Shown: positions 31,185 through 39,745 of the stretch, one piece after another | Layout: each line of letters starts with the position of its first letter | Position numbering within the stretch: position 1 is the stretch's first letter | DNA from: a virus | DNA length: 64,000 bases | Virus record (IMG/VR): IMGVR_UViG_3300030107_003232 | Location: 4,492-68,491 of that record | Direction: 5' to 3' (one strand) | The notes under the pieces: model-generated | What the model saw: the letters and a program-made list of their open reading frames with translations, nothing else | What the model was told of the DNA's origin: nothing | Database searches by the model: none | Program-made: the position numbers and the translations under genes

Positions 31185-31476
31185 ACGTCGGCGTAGGTCG
31201 TTCAAGTATAAGAAGGCATCGTCAATTTAATTTGTAGTATTTGTTTTGTAGTAAGCAGACGAGCGAAGCGATTTTACTACAAATTATTTACTACAATTTA
31301 TTCTCGGTTTACTACAAATTAATTACTACAAATTAAAAACTTACTACAAATTAAAAACTACAAAATAAAAAAGAATCCAAAAAATACTACAAATGATTTA
31401 CTACAAATACGGGCGCGGAGGGGATTTACCCCCCCGCCCCTTACGTATCACCCTACTACAAAGAATTTACTACAAA

Positions 31477-31857
31477 TCACGCATAATTTTCTGCGTTGTG
31501 TACGATTTGCATTTTCGCCATTGATAGAATACACGACATAATCATGGGAACTTTAGCGCGTCGTGTGTTGCGCGCGATGCCCCACTCTCGCTTGATTGTA
31601 GCAATAGCACCGTTGCCTTTGTTTGTAACCCTCATATTGGGCCACCGTGCTTCTTGCTCAACCATAGTGTGTATAAGCGAATAGCGCGCTGCTACGGTGT
31701 TTCCCTTGCTTGCTGCATCAACTACCATATCAACCGCCTTTCGCACACCATATACGCCGTCATTGAACTGCTGGCTCAATACGAGTTCTTTACCCTCGTA
31801 TTCAACCGTACAACATAGACCTTGACCGCATGGGCTCGCAAAATCAGTTATCTTCAG
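31477..31857 (-). CDS. Hypothetical protein, possible CTG start
   Basis: Frame is open upstream of the tracked TTG to a CTG 4 nt after GGAGGTGA. Confidence 0.55.
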   Translation of the reverse strand: MKITDFASPCGQGLCCTVEYEGKELVLSQQFNDGVYGVRKAVDMVVDAASKGNTVAARYSLIHTMVEQEARWPNMRVTNKGNGAIATIKREWGIARNTRRAKVPMIMSCILSMAKMQIVHNAENYA

Positions 31858-32086
31858 CCTCTCACCTCCAATCCTGCCTACTCCTGTTCTGCTTATGAAC
31901 CCATCGTTAATTTAATTTGTAGTAGGTATGATTCTTTTTACTACAAATTATTTTTACAGCACTAACTTAATACAAATTATTTACTACAAATTATTTACTA
32001 CAAATTATTTACTACAAAAGAAAAAAACAAAAATACCATAAAACAAAAACTACAAAAAATACTACAACTCAAAAACTACAAACATT

Positions 32087-32293
32087 TCATTCTTCTTCGC
32101 TAATTTTTGTAGCGTATAAGTCAGCAAGTTTCGCCATTCTTATAATTTCGTTAATAGCCCAATCTCTCGATTTTTTGGTATGTCGTGTATCTGTTAACCA
32201 ATCAATGAGTGCTGGAACTACATCAATCCACTTTGGTGTAATATCCACGTATTCAACAGTTCCGTCTTCGTCTTCGTAGGAGTCTTCATCCAT
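32087..32293 (-). CDS. Small hypothetical protein
   Basis: Leaderless ATG after a CGAAAGG-TTCATAAG BRE/TATA element. Confidence 0.65.
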   Translation of the reverse strand: MDEDSYEDEDGTVEYVDITPKWIDVVPALIDWLTDTRHTKKSRDWAINEIIRMAKLADLYATKISEEE

Positions 32294-32514
32294 ATTTGTC
32301 CGTATGCTGGTTTGCTTATGAACCTTTCGATTATGCCTTTTTTACTACAAATTATTTTCTTTACTACAAATTATTTACTACAAATTAATATCTTTACTAC
32401 AAATTAAAATTTACTACAAATTAAAAACTACAAAAAAGATAAGATTACAAAAATTACTACAAATTAAAAACTACAAAAAAGAAGGAGGGGCCGAAGCCCC
32501 CCCAACTTTTATGT

Positions 32515-32946
32515 TCACTCGTCGTCGTCGTAATTCCAAAGGACCGTTTCACCATCAGCGTCTTTGTAGCCGATGAAGTTCCGGTTTGTTCCGTCGTCGC
32601 CCTTTACTCTCCGGTCATCGAACTGATAGTTCATGCTAATGTTGATTCTCTTTGAGTACTTAGACTCAAACACCGTGTATTCGTAGCGTGGGTTGCCCAT
32701 CCATACCCTCACATCTTCGATGTGGCGGTCGTGTTGTGCTAAGACTGAGCGCAGTTGCGTTAGTGTTACTTCTAACTTAAGGTCTGCACCGAAGACACCG
32801 CCATAGGTGTCCTTCATGTTTAGGATAATGGTAGGCCTCCTTGTCTTCATTCTGTCGTCGTTATCGTCGTAGTAGGTTTCGGTCATTTCTGCCCGAAGTC
32901 TATCCACAAGTCGCATTAGGTTTGTAGTTCCGCGAACTTCCTCCAT
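32515..32946 (-). CDS. Hypothetical protein
   Basis: Start MEEVRG after GGTTCATAAG; followed by a GC hairpin. Confidence 0.7.
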   Translation of the reverse strand: MEEVRGTTNLMRLVDRLRAEMTETYYDDNDDRMKTRRPTIILNMKDTYGGVFGADLKLEVTLTQLRSVLAQHDRHIEDVRVWMGNPRYEYTVFESKYSKRINISMNYQFDDRRVKGDDGTNRNFIGYKDADGETVLWNYDDDE

Positions 32947-33127
32947 GGTTGAGCCACCGCACCGACCCTTATGAACCCCACGCTTTCCGGTTCTGGAATA
33001 ATTTGTAGTAATCAATACATCACCGTTTTACTACAAATTAATTTGTAGTAATCTTTCCGCTGCGCTACTACAAATTAAAAACTACAAAAAAAGTAAAAAT
33101 CACCAAATCCAAAAATTACTCCGATTC

Positions 33128-33364
33128 TCAAAAATTCTTGGTTTCGTTAAGGTATAGCCAATCGGGGTCTTCGTTGTATTTATCTCTTGAAATTAGGTAG
33201 GTTGATAATTCGCCAATGGTCTGAGATAGTTCATTTATCAACTCGTTAAGATAAGGCTTATCTGGACACATTTTTGCGTATATTCTATCAATCATCACAT
33301 TATGTAATGCGTTTACATCATCTTCTTGTAGTATCTTCCAATCGGGTTCGGCTTCTTTGCTCAT
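33128..33364 (-). CDS. Small hypothetical protein
   Basis: Leaderless ATG after TTGATAAG; flanked by repeats. Confidence 0.65.
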   Translation of the reverse strand: MSKEAEPDWKILQEDDVNALHNVMIDRIYAKMCPDKPYLNELINELSQTIGELSTYLISRDKYNEDPDWLYLNETKNF

Positions 33365-33451
33365 ATAGGGTCGTGGGGGTTGCCCCTTATCAATGCAGCG
33401 GCAGCGGCGGCATATTTACTACAAATTAATTTGTAGCAATTTTTCCGCTGC

Positions 33452-33683
33452 AAAAAAACCCGCAACGCCCCCGCTTCATCACGGCGGGGTGCGCTTAGGA
33501 GGGGCGGTGATGAACCGCGAGGGCCGAAGCCAGCACCCCGAAGGGCTTTCTCACCCAACACACCGGAAGGGCCTTACCTCCCACCTGCTAAGGTTCTGCT
33601 GGGGTCATCACAGGCGCGGGGTCTGCACTTTGTGCTTTCCGTAGCCCCCCATGAGAGGCGTTGGTTGGCCCGCCGTTGCAGAC
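33452..33683 (-). ncRNA. Candidate ~230-nt structured non-coding RNA
   Basis: GC-rich; own promoter; 5'/3' closing helix; two CUUCGG loops; U7 tract at the end; no convincing ORF. Confidence 0.6.
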
Positions 33684-33861
33684 AAACCTCCGAGTTGTGG
33701 TTTGCTTAAGAAACTTTCGATTGTATCTTTTTACTACAAATTAATTTGTAGTATGTTTGCATCTGTATTTTTACTACAAATCTTTTACTACAAATCTCAG
33801 AAGGACTTACACCCTCGGCAACGCTTCGCGCGCCTCTCGATGCCTTCGGAGGTTTTGATTT

Positions 33862-34185
33862 TCACTTTATGCCGTATCTCTTGCGCATTTCTTTCTTAGT
33901 GTGGCCCATAGCACCAACGATTTGAATAATCAATCTTAATTTTTCGTTAGCCTCGCGCCGACTCCATCCAACATAAGAGCCACTTGAACCCGTTGCAGGG
34001 TGTCGGTGTTGCCCGTATGACTTAGGGGGTGAAGCGTATATGTTCCAGCCCCGTCCGTAAGTGGGCGAACCTTCTTCAAGAATGGTTCTCCACCCTTTAG
34101 GCATTAAGCCCGCATCTATTGTTAAGGCGTGTATGCGTTCAACAATCGCCTCTGTGTCTTTTTTCGTTTCTCTCATTTTATTCAT
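33862..34185 (-). CDS. Hypothetical protein
   Basis: GGAG SD before MNKMRE; LEEGSPTYGRGWNIY motif. Confidence 0.65.
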   Translation of the reverse strand: MNKMRETKKDTEAIVERIHALTIDAGLMPKGWRTILEEGSPTYGRGWNIYASPPKSYGQHRHPATGSSGSYVGWSRREANEKLRLIIQIVGAMGHTKKEMRKRYGIK

Positions 34186-34337
34186 TCTCCTGTTGCGCCT
34201 TTTTGCGCTATTCTGACCGAACAAGCGGCGGCATATATACTTAACGGCTTTTGAGGTGTATTTACTACAAATTAATTTGTAGTAGTAGTTTTTCGGTTAT
34301 TTTACTACAAAATATGTAATACAAAATAGAATCCAAA

Positions 34338-34526
34338 TTATTCTTCGTCTTCGTATTTGTATATTTCAACGAACTCGCCGCACATAGGACAATAATATGT
34401 GGGGCTTAGTCCTGAATCGCCCATCGCGTCAATAAGTCTATCGAGTTCTTCCGATGGGGTGCAGCATTCGTAAAACGGTGATGTACCGCTGTGTAGCAAA
34501 TAATAGCGTGGTGTGTATTTCGCCAT
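34338..34526 (-). CDS. Small Zn-ribbon protein
   Basis: H...ECC...YYCPMCG; leaderless after CTTAAATA. Confidence 0.6.
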   Translation of the reverse strand: MAKYTPRYYLLHSGTSPFYECCTPSEELDRLIDAMGDSGLSPTYYCPMCGEFVEIYKYEDEE

Positions 34527-35001
34527 GAATCGCAGACATGGTAGGGGTATTTAAGGCTGTCGTTTCATTACTACAAATTAATTTGTAGTATTGGTCGGGG
34601 CCGTTTTACTACAAATTAAAAACTACAAAATACTTACTACAAATTAAAATCCAAAAATCAAAATCCGAAAAATTACTACAAATTATTTACTACAAATTAA
34701 ACTTAGTGCAAAAAGTAAAGCGGGTGTTGTGAATTACATCGAGTGCAAAAACAAAAGTGGGTGCAAAAAGTGCAGCAGGTGCGAATGACGCAGTAGGTAT
34801 CTGACGCTTTACTACAAATTATTCGGGAGAGTGCTGTTTCCAAACTATTATATAGTATGACTACCTCACGCATGGGTCGCGTAATATCGCGGCTATATAT
34901 TTTTCTTATTTTACTACAAAATACTTACTACAAAACATGGTTGGAAATAAGAGAGTGCTACACCGTCGCATTGATATAGTAGTGGGTTGTCGGATGGTTT
35001 A

Positions 35002-35205
35002 ATGGCGAACCGATACATCAACAACCTACCCGACCTATGCACCGACATTCTCAACGAGATGTATGAGAATGGATTGAGAGAGATTAACAGCACTTGCGGC
35101 GACGAGAATGCCTGTAATCTCACCGTGAATCAACTTCACTTTATCCGCAAGATACTCTATAAGCGTGGCTTCGTCGTGAGAGATATTGAGGAGGTGGTCG
35201 CATAG
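35002..35205 (+). CDS. Small hypothetical protein
   Basis: First plus-strand gene after the divergence point; start MANRYI. Confidence 0.6.
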   Translation: MANRYINNLPDLCTDILNEMYENGLREINSTCGDENACNLTVNQLHFIRKILYKRGFVVRDIEEVVA

Positions 35206-35240
35206 ACCTACACGCACGCATCGAACAGAAGAAGGCCGAC

Positions 35241-35813
35241 ATGGAGAATGCCCGTTTAGGCATGGCTCAAGGCATCAAATACTCATCGAGGTCATTGGGG
35301 GGCCACACCACCCAATACCGCCGTCTATGCCGCCTTGCAGGTATCAAAATTGACCTGCCCGAAATCAAGGCCATAAAGCCCATCGGCAAGCCTTGCCGCT
35401 ACAAAGCCTGTAAGGGCCGCAATCATGCCCTTCACGGTGAAAAATGCCCTATCGCATCAGCGCGAGGCAAGACCGGAGGCAAGTCCGGCGAAGGCGATTC
35501 AAAGAGGCGCAACGGTGAAGCAAATGGCCGCTACATTGACGGGCGTAAAAATGCCGTCAAGAAGCAATTGATTTCTCAAGTTATTGTCGGTCAAAAAATC
35601 AACAAGACCGCCCGCGAAATCCTCAACATCAATCCGATTACATGGCTCGATTCAGCCATCACAACCGCCGCAGTAGCGGGTATGCTCGGTGGCGTGCGTG
35701 GTGTCTGTTCCGGTTGCTCTCAATCAATCCCTGCGATTCAGGCACGCAAGATTCACCGTGCCGACATCACACAGAATCCGGCAAGGGTGATATGCGACGC
35801 TTGCGAAGCATGA
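35241..35813 (+). CDS. Basic Zn-finger protein, putative DNA-binding
   Basis: C..C..H..C cluster, GEANGRYIDG motif, CSGC...CDAC. Confidence 0.65.
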   Translation: MENARLGMAQGIKYSSRSLGGHTTQYRRLCRLAGIKIDLPEIKAIKPIGKPCRYKACKGRNHALHGEKCPIASARGKTGGKSGEGDSKRRNGEANGRYIDGRKNAVKKQLISQVIVGQKINKTAREILNINPITWLDSAITTAAVAGMLGGVRGVCSGCSQSIPAIQARKIHRADITQNPARVICDACEA

Positions 35814-35850
35814 TAAAAAAACTTATAAAAAAAACAGGAGAGGACAAAAT

Positions 35851-36111
35851 ATGAACAAAAAGCAAATGAGCGCCGATGAAGACTTTTTACAGTATGCTCG
35901 CAATGATATCGAGAGGCAGATTGCGCTCGGTCAAATGTATGCTATTGATGAAGACCCAAAGCCCGAACATTGTAGTGAAGATGGGCATTGGAACGATGGA
36001 GAGAACTTCTATACTATACTCAATCTATGGGGGCAATACCACTACGATGAAACAAAGGCAGAAGAATTACTCTATAAAATGTTCAAAGAGGAATATCCTC
36101 AATACTTATGA
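35851..36111 (+). CDS. Acidic hypothetical protein
   Basis: 86 aa; motif at -55 and a TATA box. Confidence 0.7.
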   Translation: MNKKQMSADEDFLQYARNDIERQIALGQMYAIDEDPKPEHCSEDGHWNDGENFYTILNLWGQYHYDETKAEELLYKMFKEEYPQYL

Positions 36112-36184
36112 AATGACGGCAAAGAAGATGACGCTTGCGAGGAATAAACGATAGATTCATAAAAAAAAGAAAAGAGGAATAAAT

Positions 36185-36604
36185 ATGACGAGAAGACAAA
36201 TGGGCGCACACGGAGAAATCTGTAAGCGCGTAAGTGGAAAAATAATGATGACTGTTAGGCCACAGCCCGAAGTATTAACGGCTGAGGATTGCGCGATGAT
36301 ACTCGGCTATCGGTGTTTAGGTGGTTGCGGTGGCGGATTCATAGGCGAGCCTAAAACGACCGAACACGGCTTTAGAAGCCCCATAACTCAAGATGCGGTC
36401 GAGGCCATAGCATACTACGAGCGTAAGGGCAAATTAACGCAGAAAAAAGCCCTGCGTTTGTTATCCGACTCATGGGTGCTAACCAATTACACAAATTACA
36501 CCGACATGATAGAGCAGTTCGATGAAGACAATTGGAATCACCGAGCCATTCGGGCATGGGTGCTTAGGGTTTTCCCGAAGTTCTCAACAGGGGTGATTGA
36601 ATGA
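36185..36604 (+). CDS. Hypothetical protein
   Basis: 139 aa; motif at -55. Confidence 0.7.
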   Translation: MTRRQMGAHGEICKRVSGKIMMTVRPQPEVLTAEDCAMILGYRCLGGCGGGFIGEPKTTEHGFRSPITQDAVEAIAYYERKGKLTQKKALRLLSDSWVLTNYTNYTDMIEQFDEDNWNHRAIRAWVLRVFPKFSTGVIE

Positions 36605-36795
36605 AAGTATTAGAGAATGGAATGTATAATGGCGCGTGCTTTGACGGCGAGCGATTTAATGCCGAGCATGATTGGTATGTCGAATCATCGGAGATTGATT
36701 TTGACGGCACTAATTGGGTTCATGTTGCAGTTATATTGTGTTGCTCGGATTGCGACAAAAAAATAGAAACGGATTATTCGTGGGATGTGGAATGA
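36601..36795 (+). CDS. Small acidic Zn-binding protein
   Basis: Overlapping start; C...H...CSDC. Confidence 0.55.
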   Translation: MKVLENGMYNGACFDGERFNAEHDWYVESSEIDFDGTNWVHVAVILCCSDCDKKIETDYSWDVE

Positions 36796-37056
36796 ATGAG
36801 AAGCGAAGATGTATGGTATGGTTCAGACCCATGTATTGATGAGGACGAATTGCCCTCAAGGGTTTTCGACCACGATGTATGCCCCGAATGCGACAAGGCC
36901 ATGCCCGACCAAGACTTAGCGGAGTTTGGTATCGAGGAGTGCGATTGTGTCGAATGCGATGGCTGCGGCGAATGGAAATCCTTTGAAGACTTCTGTAATG
37001 TATCAAATATATGCGATTCATGTTATGAACACGATGACGCTTGCGAGGGCGAATGA
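36796..37056 (+). CDS. Cys-rich acidic protein
   Basis: Several CxxC pairs. Confidence 0.6.
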   Translation: MRSEDVWYGSDPCIDEDELPSRVFDHDVCPECDKAMPDQDLAEFGIEECDCVECDGCGEWKSFEDFCNVSNICDSCYEHDDACEGE

Positions 37057-37090
37057 AAGGATTTAAGAGTCAAGGATAGGTGGAGAAAAT

Positions 37091-37315
37091 ATGGGCAATA
37101 CATGGAAAAGCCGACAACCCGCAAGGGATAAAGACGCACTAAAAAGAATACAGGCACGTTATGACGAGTGGAAATCACAGTTTAGCGATGCTATTCCTAA
37201 TCGTGTAGGTACGACCTACAAATGGAATGAGGCTAAGGTCAAGAATTGGTTTGAATCGTTGCCTCGCACAATTGCAGACCGAGAGAAGGCATTTGTAAAG
37301 GAGATGAAAGAATGA
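37091..37315 (+). CDS. Hypothetical protein
   Basis: Motif at -55; 74 aa. Confidence 0.65.
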   Translation: MGNTWKSRQPARDKDALKRIQARYDEWKSQFSDAIPNRVGTTYKWNEAKVKNWFESLPRTIADREKAFVKEMKE

Positions 37316-37485
37316 GCAAGAAGAAGTTTATTTATCGTAAAATTAAAGTCTTTGAATTAGAGTTTGAAGCATGGTCGAGAGCGCACGCAGAAGAAATGCT
37401 TGAAGATGGTTATTTGATTTACCACGACTATGAAATGGAATGTAAAGAGGATAAAGAAGTGATTGTGTCGAAGGTGATTCGATGA
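37312..37485 (+). CDS. 57-aa hypothetical protein
   Basis: MSKKKFIYRK...; ATGA overlaps at both ends; below the ORF-track cutoff. Confidence 0.6.
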   Translation: MSKKKFIYRKIKVFELEFEAWSRAHAEEMLEDGYLIYHDYEMECKEDKEVIVSKVIR

Positions 37486-37640
37486 GCAACATGAGTTATA
37501 TTAGATTTGAAAATACCTTTAGCGACCTTGAGGATTGTTATTACAATTGGGATGATGACGACATATCAGAAAGAGAAGAAAGGTGGCGAAAGAGATTGTT
37601 GGAATTATGCGAGTCAATCGTTCAATCTTATGGGGAGTGA
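37482..37640 (+). CDS. 52-aa phage-type hypothetical protein
   Basis: MSNMSYIRFENTFSDLEDC resembles the recurrent phage 'MsNMSYcRFeNT' proteins; GGTGA SD. Confidence 0.65.
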   Translation: MSNMSYIRFENTFSDLEDCYYNWDDDDISEREERWRKRLLELCESIVQSYGE

Positions 37641-37827
37641 TGAAGAATGGATGAATATACGAAAGTATTTGATGATGTCGTTCAAGCATTGGTTGGTTTG
37701 AGAGATTCAAGGTTCATTACGCCGCTGCTAACAGAAGAAAAAACTATTCAAGGTTGGATAGACTTTTGTATTGACGCTTGCGAGGACTAAACAATAACCT
37801 TAAAAGAAAACACGGAGAGGAGTAAAT

Positions 37828-38037
37828 ATGAGCAAAGGCACATACAACAAAGAATGGACAGCATACTACGAATACCTTGAGTTCTTGAGGCAATCGGGCG
37901 CGACTAATATGTTCGGCGCAGCACCTTATCTTCAAGACCACTATGGCCTTGAGAAGCGCGAAGCAGAACTTGTTTTGCATTCGTGGATGAAGAACTACAA
38001 TGCACTATTAGAAGACGGGGTGATTTCAAATGATTGA
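37828..38037 (+). CDS. Conserved viral hypothetical protein
   Basis: YLEFLRQSGATNMFGAAPYL motif recurrent in phage small proteins; motif at -55. Confidence 0.75.
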   Translation: MSKGTYNKEWTAYYEYLEFLRQSGATNMFGAAPYLQDHYGLEKREAELVLHSWMKNYNALLEDGVISND

Positions 38038-38314
38038 ACCAATAATTACAGTAAGTAAAGAGATGAAAGAAGCACTACAATATGCTCTTTCAGATATGAG
38101 AAGCCCAAAGATAATGTGTAATTATTTGATTGAGAGATTTCAAGACCAAGCGATAAATGAATGCTCATGGAAATGTCTTTACATATCAAAGAATTACATA
38201 GACATAATCAAAAATTATGAGGTCATTGAGAGGCGGTTTGGGTGCGACGGCGAGTTCAGAAGTAAATTAAACGAACTTCTCAGACAGGAAACATTAGAAG
38301 ATTGGGGGTTTTGA
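38030..38314 (+). CDS. Hypothetical protein
   Basis: GGTGA SD; overlapping start. Confidence 0.6.
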   Translation: MIEPIITVSKEMKEALQYALSDMRSPKIMCNYLIERFQDQAINECSWKCLYISKNYIDIIKNYEVIERRFGCDGEFRSKLNELLRQETLEDWGF

Positions 38315-38315
38315 A

Positions 38316-38753
38316 ATGAGCGAACCGAAATTATATCGAGATAAAATATCAACAGATAGCAGCACACCAACCCACCAATTGCGATATGCAACAGGCTGGC
38401 TAACCGATTATATGCACCACGATAATAACGGGATTAGATACTATACCCCCGAAACTGTGAAGGCTGTAATCAAGAACCTACACGCCGATGTGTCCGATGC
38501 ACAGGCCGCCATATTGAACGACAAATCAACGACGCAAGTTATCTTTGAGATAGGCCGAATGAAGCCCGAAGACGAAAAGCCGATTTGGGCTCATTCATCC
38601 GATAGGGGTTTTTGGATAGGCGACAGAACTAATCTTAACCTAAAAATACTTCAGATGCGAAAGGGGTCGGTTGATGCTATACATTGGCCGAAAGCCCGCG
38701 ACGCTTGCGACGACAATTCCCAAACTTTATTAGAGAGGTTTGAGGAGGAATAA
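38316..38753 (+). CDS. Hypothetical protein
   Basis: 145-aa ORF in operon. Confidence 0.65.
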   Translation: MSEPKLYRDKISTDSSTPTHQLRYATGWLTDYMHHDNNGIRYYTPETVKAVIKNLHADVSDAQAAILNDKSTTQVIFEIGRMKPEDEKPIWAHSSDRGFWIGDRTNLNLKILQMRKGSVDAIHWPKARDACDDNSQTLLERFEEE

Positions 38754-38755
38754 AC

Positions 38756-39745
38756 ATGACGAGCAGAAACTTGCTACCATCATACGCCCTCTTAGGGCAA
38801 GAAGCCAAAGGAACGACCGCCGAAGAAGTCCTTGCTAACGCAGGGCTTGACTTTGAGGTGAAGAAAGCCCCATCGGGCTACATGAACCCTCAAGGGGATT
38901 TCGTAAGACATAGAGGACATACCATTACCTACCGTGCCGATACAGGCGCAGCATTGGGTAGCGTATCATCCTCATACGAGGTATTTCAGAACCATGACGC
39001 ATTGAAAGTCTTTGACCGATTAGTAGGCGAAGGCCGAGCCGAATACGACCGCATCGGTATGATTGACGGCGGGCGAAAGATGTTTGCGAGCATGAAGATG
39101 CCCGAAGGATTCACCGTAGCGGGTTGGGATGATATAGACCAATACCTATACATGATTACATCTCACGATGGTTCAACAGGCGTGCGATATATCCCTGCGA
39201 ATGTCCGTGTAGGATGCACTAATCAATTCGCTTATCTTGACTCTATGCTAAAGCAAGCGGGCATCAATCCTCGCGTGCTATCAAGCCGCCACTCAAGGTA
39301 CATTGAAGGTCGCATAGAGCAAGCAATTCAGGCGTTGAATGTCGTTGATGTCCTCAACGAGCAATTCGCTAACACAGCGGGCGAACTCATGCAGGTCGAA
39401 CTCGATGTAGCGGGTCGAACCGAATTTTACATCGACGCTATGGGCCTCAAGACTGACGAGAAGTTGGTTGATAAGGTGGAGAATCCGTTTGGTCTAACCA
39501 CACGCGGCAACAACACCCTCACACGGCTTCAAGAGTTAGAAGATACCGCTCTCGGATTCGATGACGGCGACATCAACAGCGCATGGGGCGCATTCAATGT
39601 GATTAGCGAATATCTCGACCACGCATGGGTCTATGACCGCAAGGGCGAGAAGGTCAATCAAAAGAGAGTCGAATCGGCCCTACTCGGAACAGGAGCAAGG
39701 CAGAAGGACAAAGCATGGGCGGCAGCCGCACGGTTGGTCGCCTAA
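38756..39745 (+). CDS. DUF932 / TIGR03299-like phage-plasmid protein
   Basis: AGLDFEV, YRADTGAALGSVSSSYEVFQN, GGRKMF, TSHDGS, RVGCTNQ, SAWGAFNVISEYLDH. Confidence 0.85.
   Translation: MTSRNLLPSYALLGQEAKGTTAEEVLANAGLDFEVKKAPSGYMNPQGDFVRHRGHTITYRADTGAALGSVSSSYEVFQNHDALKVFDRLVGEGRAEYDRIGMIDGGRKMFASMKMPEGFTVAGWDDIDQYLYMITSHDGSTGVRYIPANVRVGCTNQFAYLDSMLKQAGINPRVLSSRHSRYIEGRIEQAIQALNVVDVLNEQFANTAGELMQVELDVAGRTEFYIDAMGLKTDEKLVDKVENPFGLTTRGNNTLTRLQELEDTALGFDDGDINSAWGAFNVISEYLDHAWVYDRKGEKVNQKRVESALLGTGARQKDKAWAAAARLVA

Larger units (their letters stand above)
28688..34935 (+). repeat. Intergenic clusters of TACTACAAATT repeats
   Basis: Roughly 55-60 direct and about 8 inverted copies by eye, in about 12 intergenic clusters; none noticed inside the probable genes. 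Confidence 0.95.

Noticed and set aside
33452-33683. GUGAUGA as box C of a C/D guide or TIGR-like RNA, or a hammerhead core
   Set aside because: No matching CUGA box D, no periodic array, no Nop-domain gene recognised, and no CUGAUGA core.
28688-34935. TACTACAAATT clusters as a CRISPR array
   Set aside because: Repeats are about 11 nt, degenerate and separated by short A/T linkers rather than unique 30-40 nt spacers; no cas operon.
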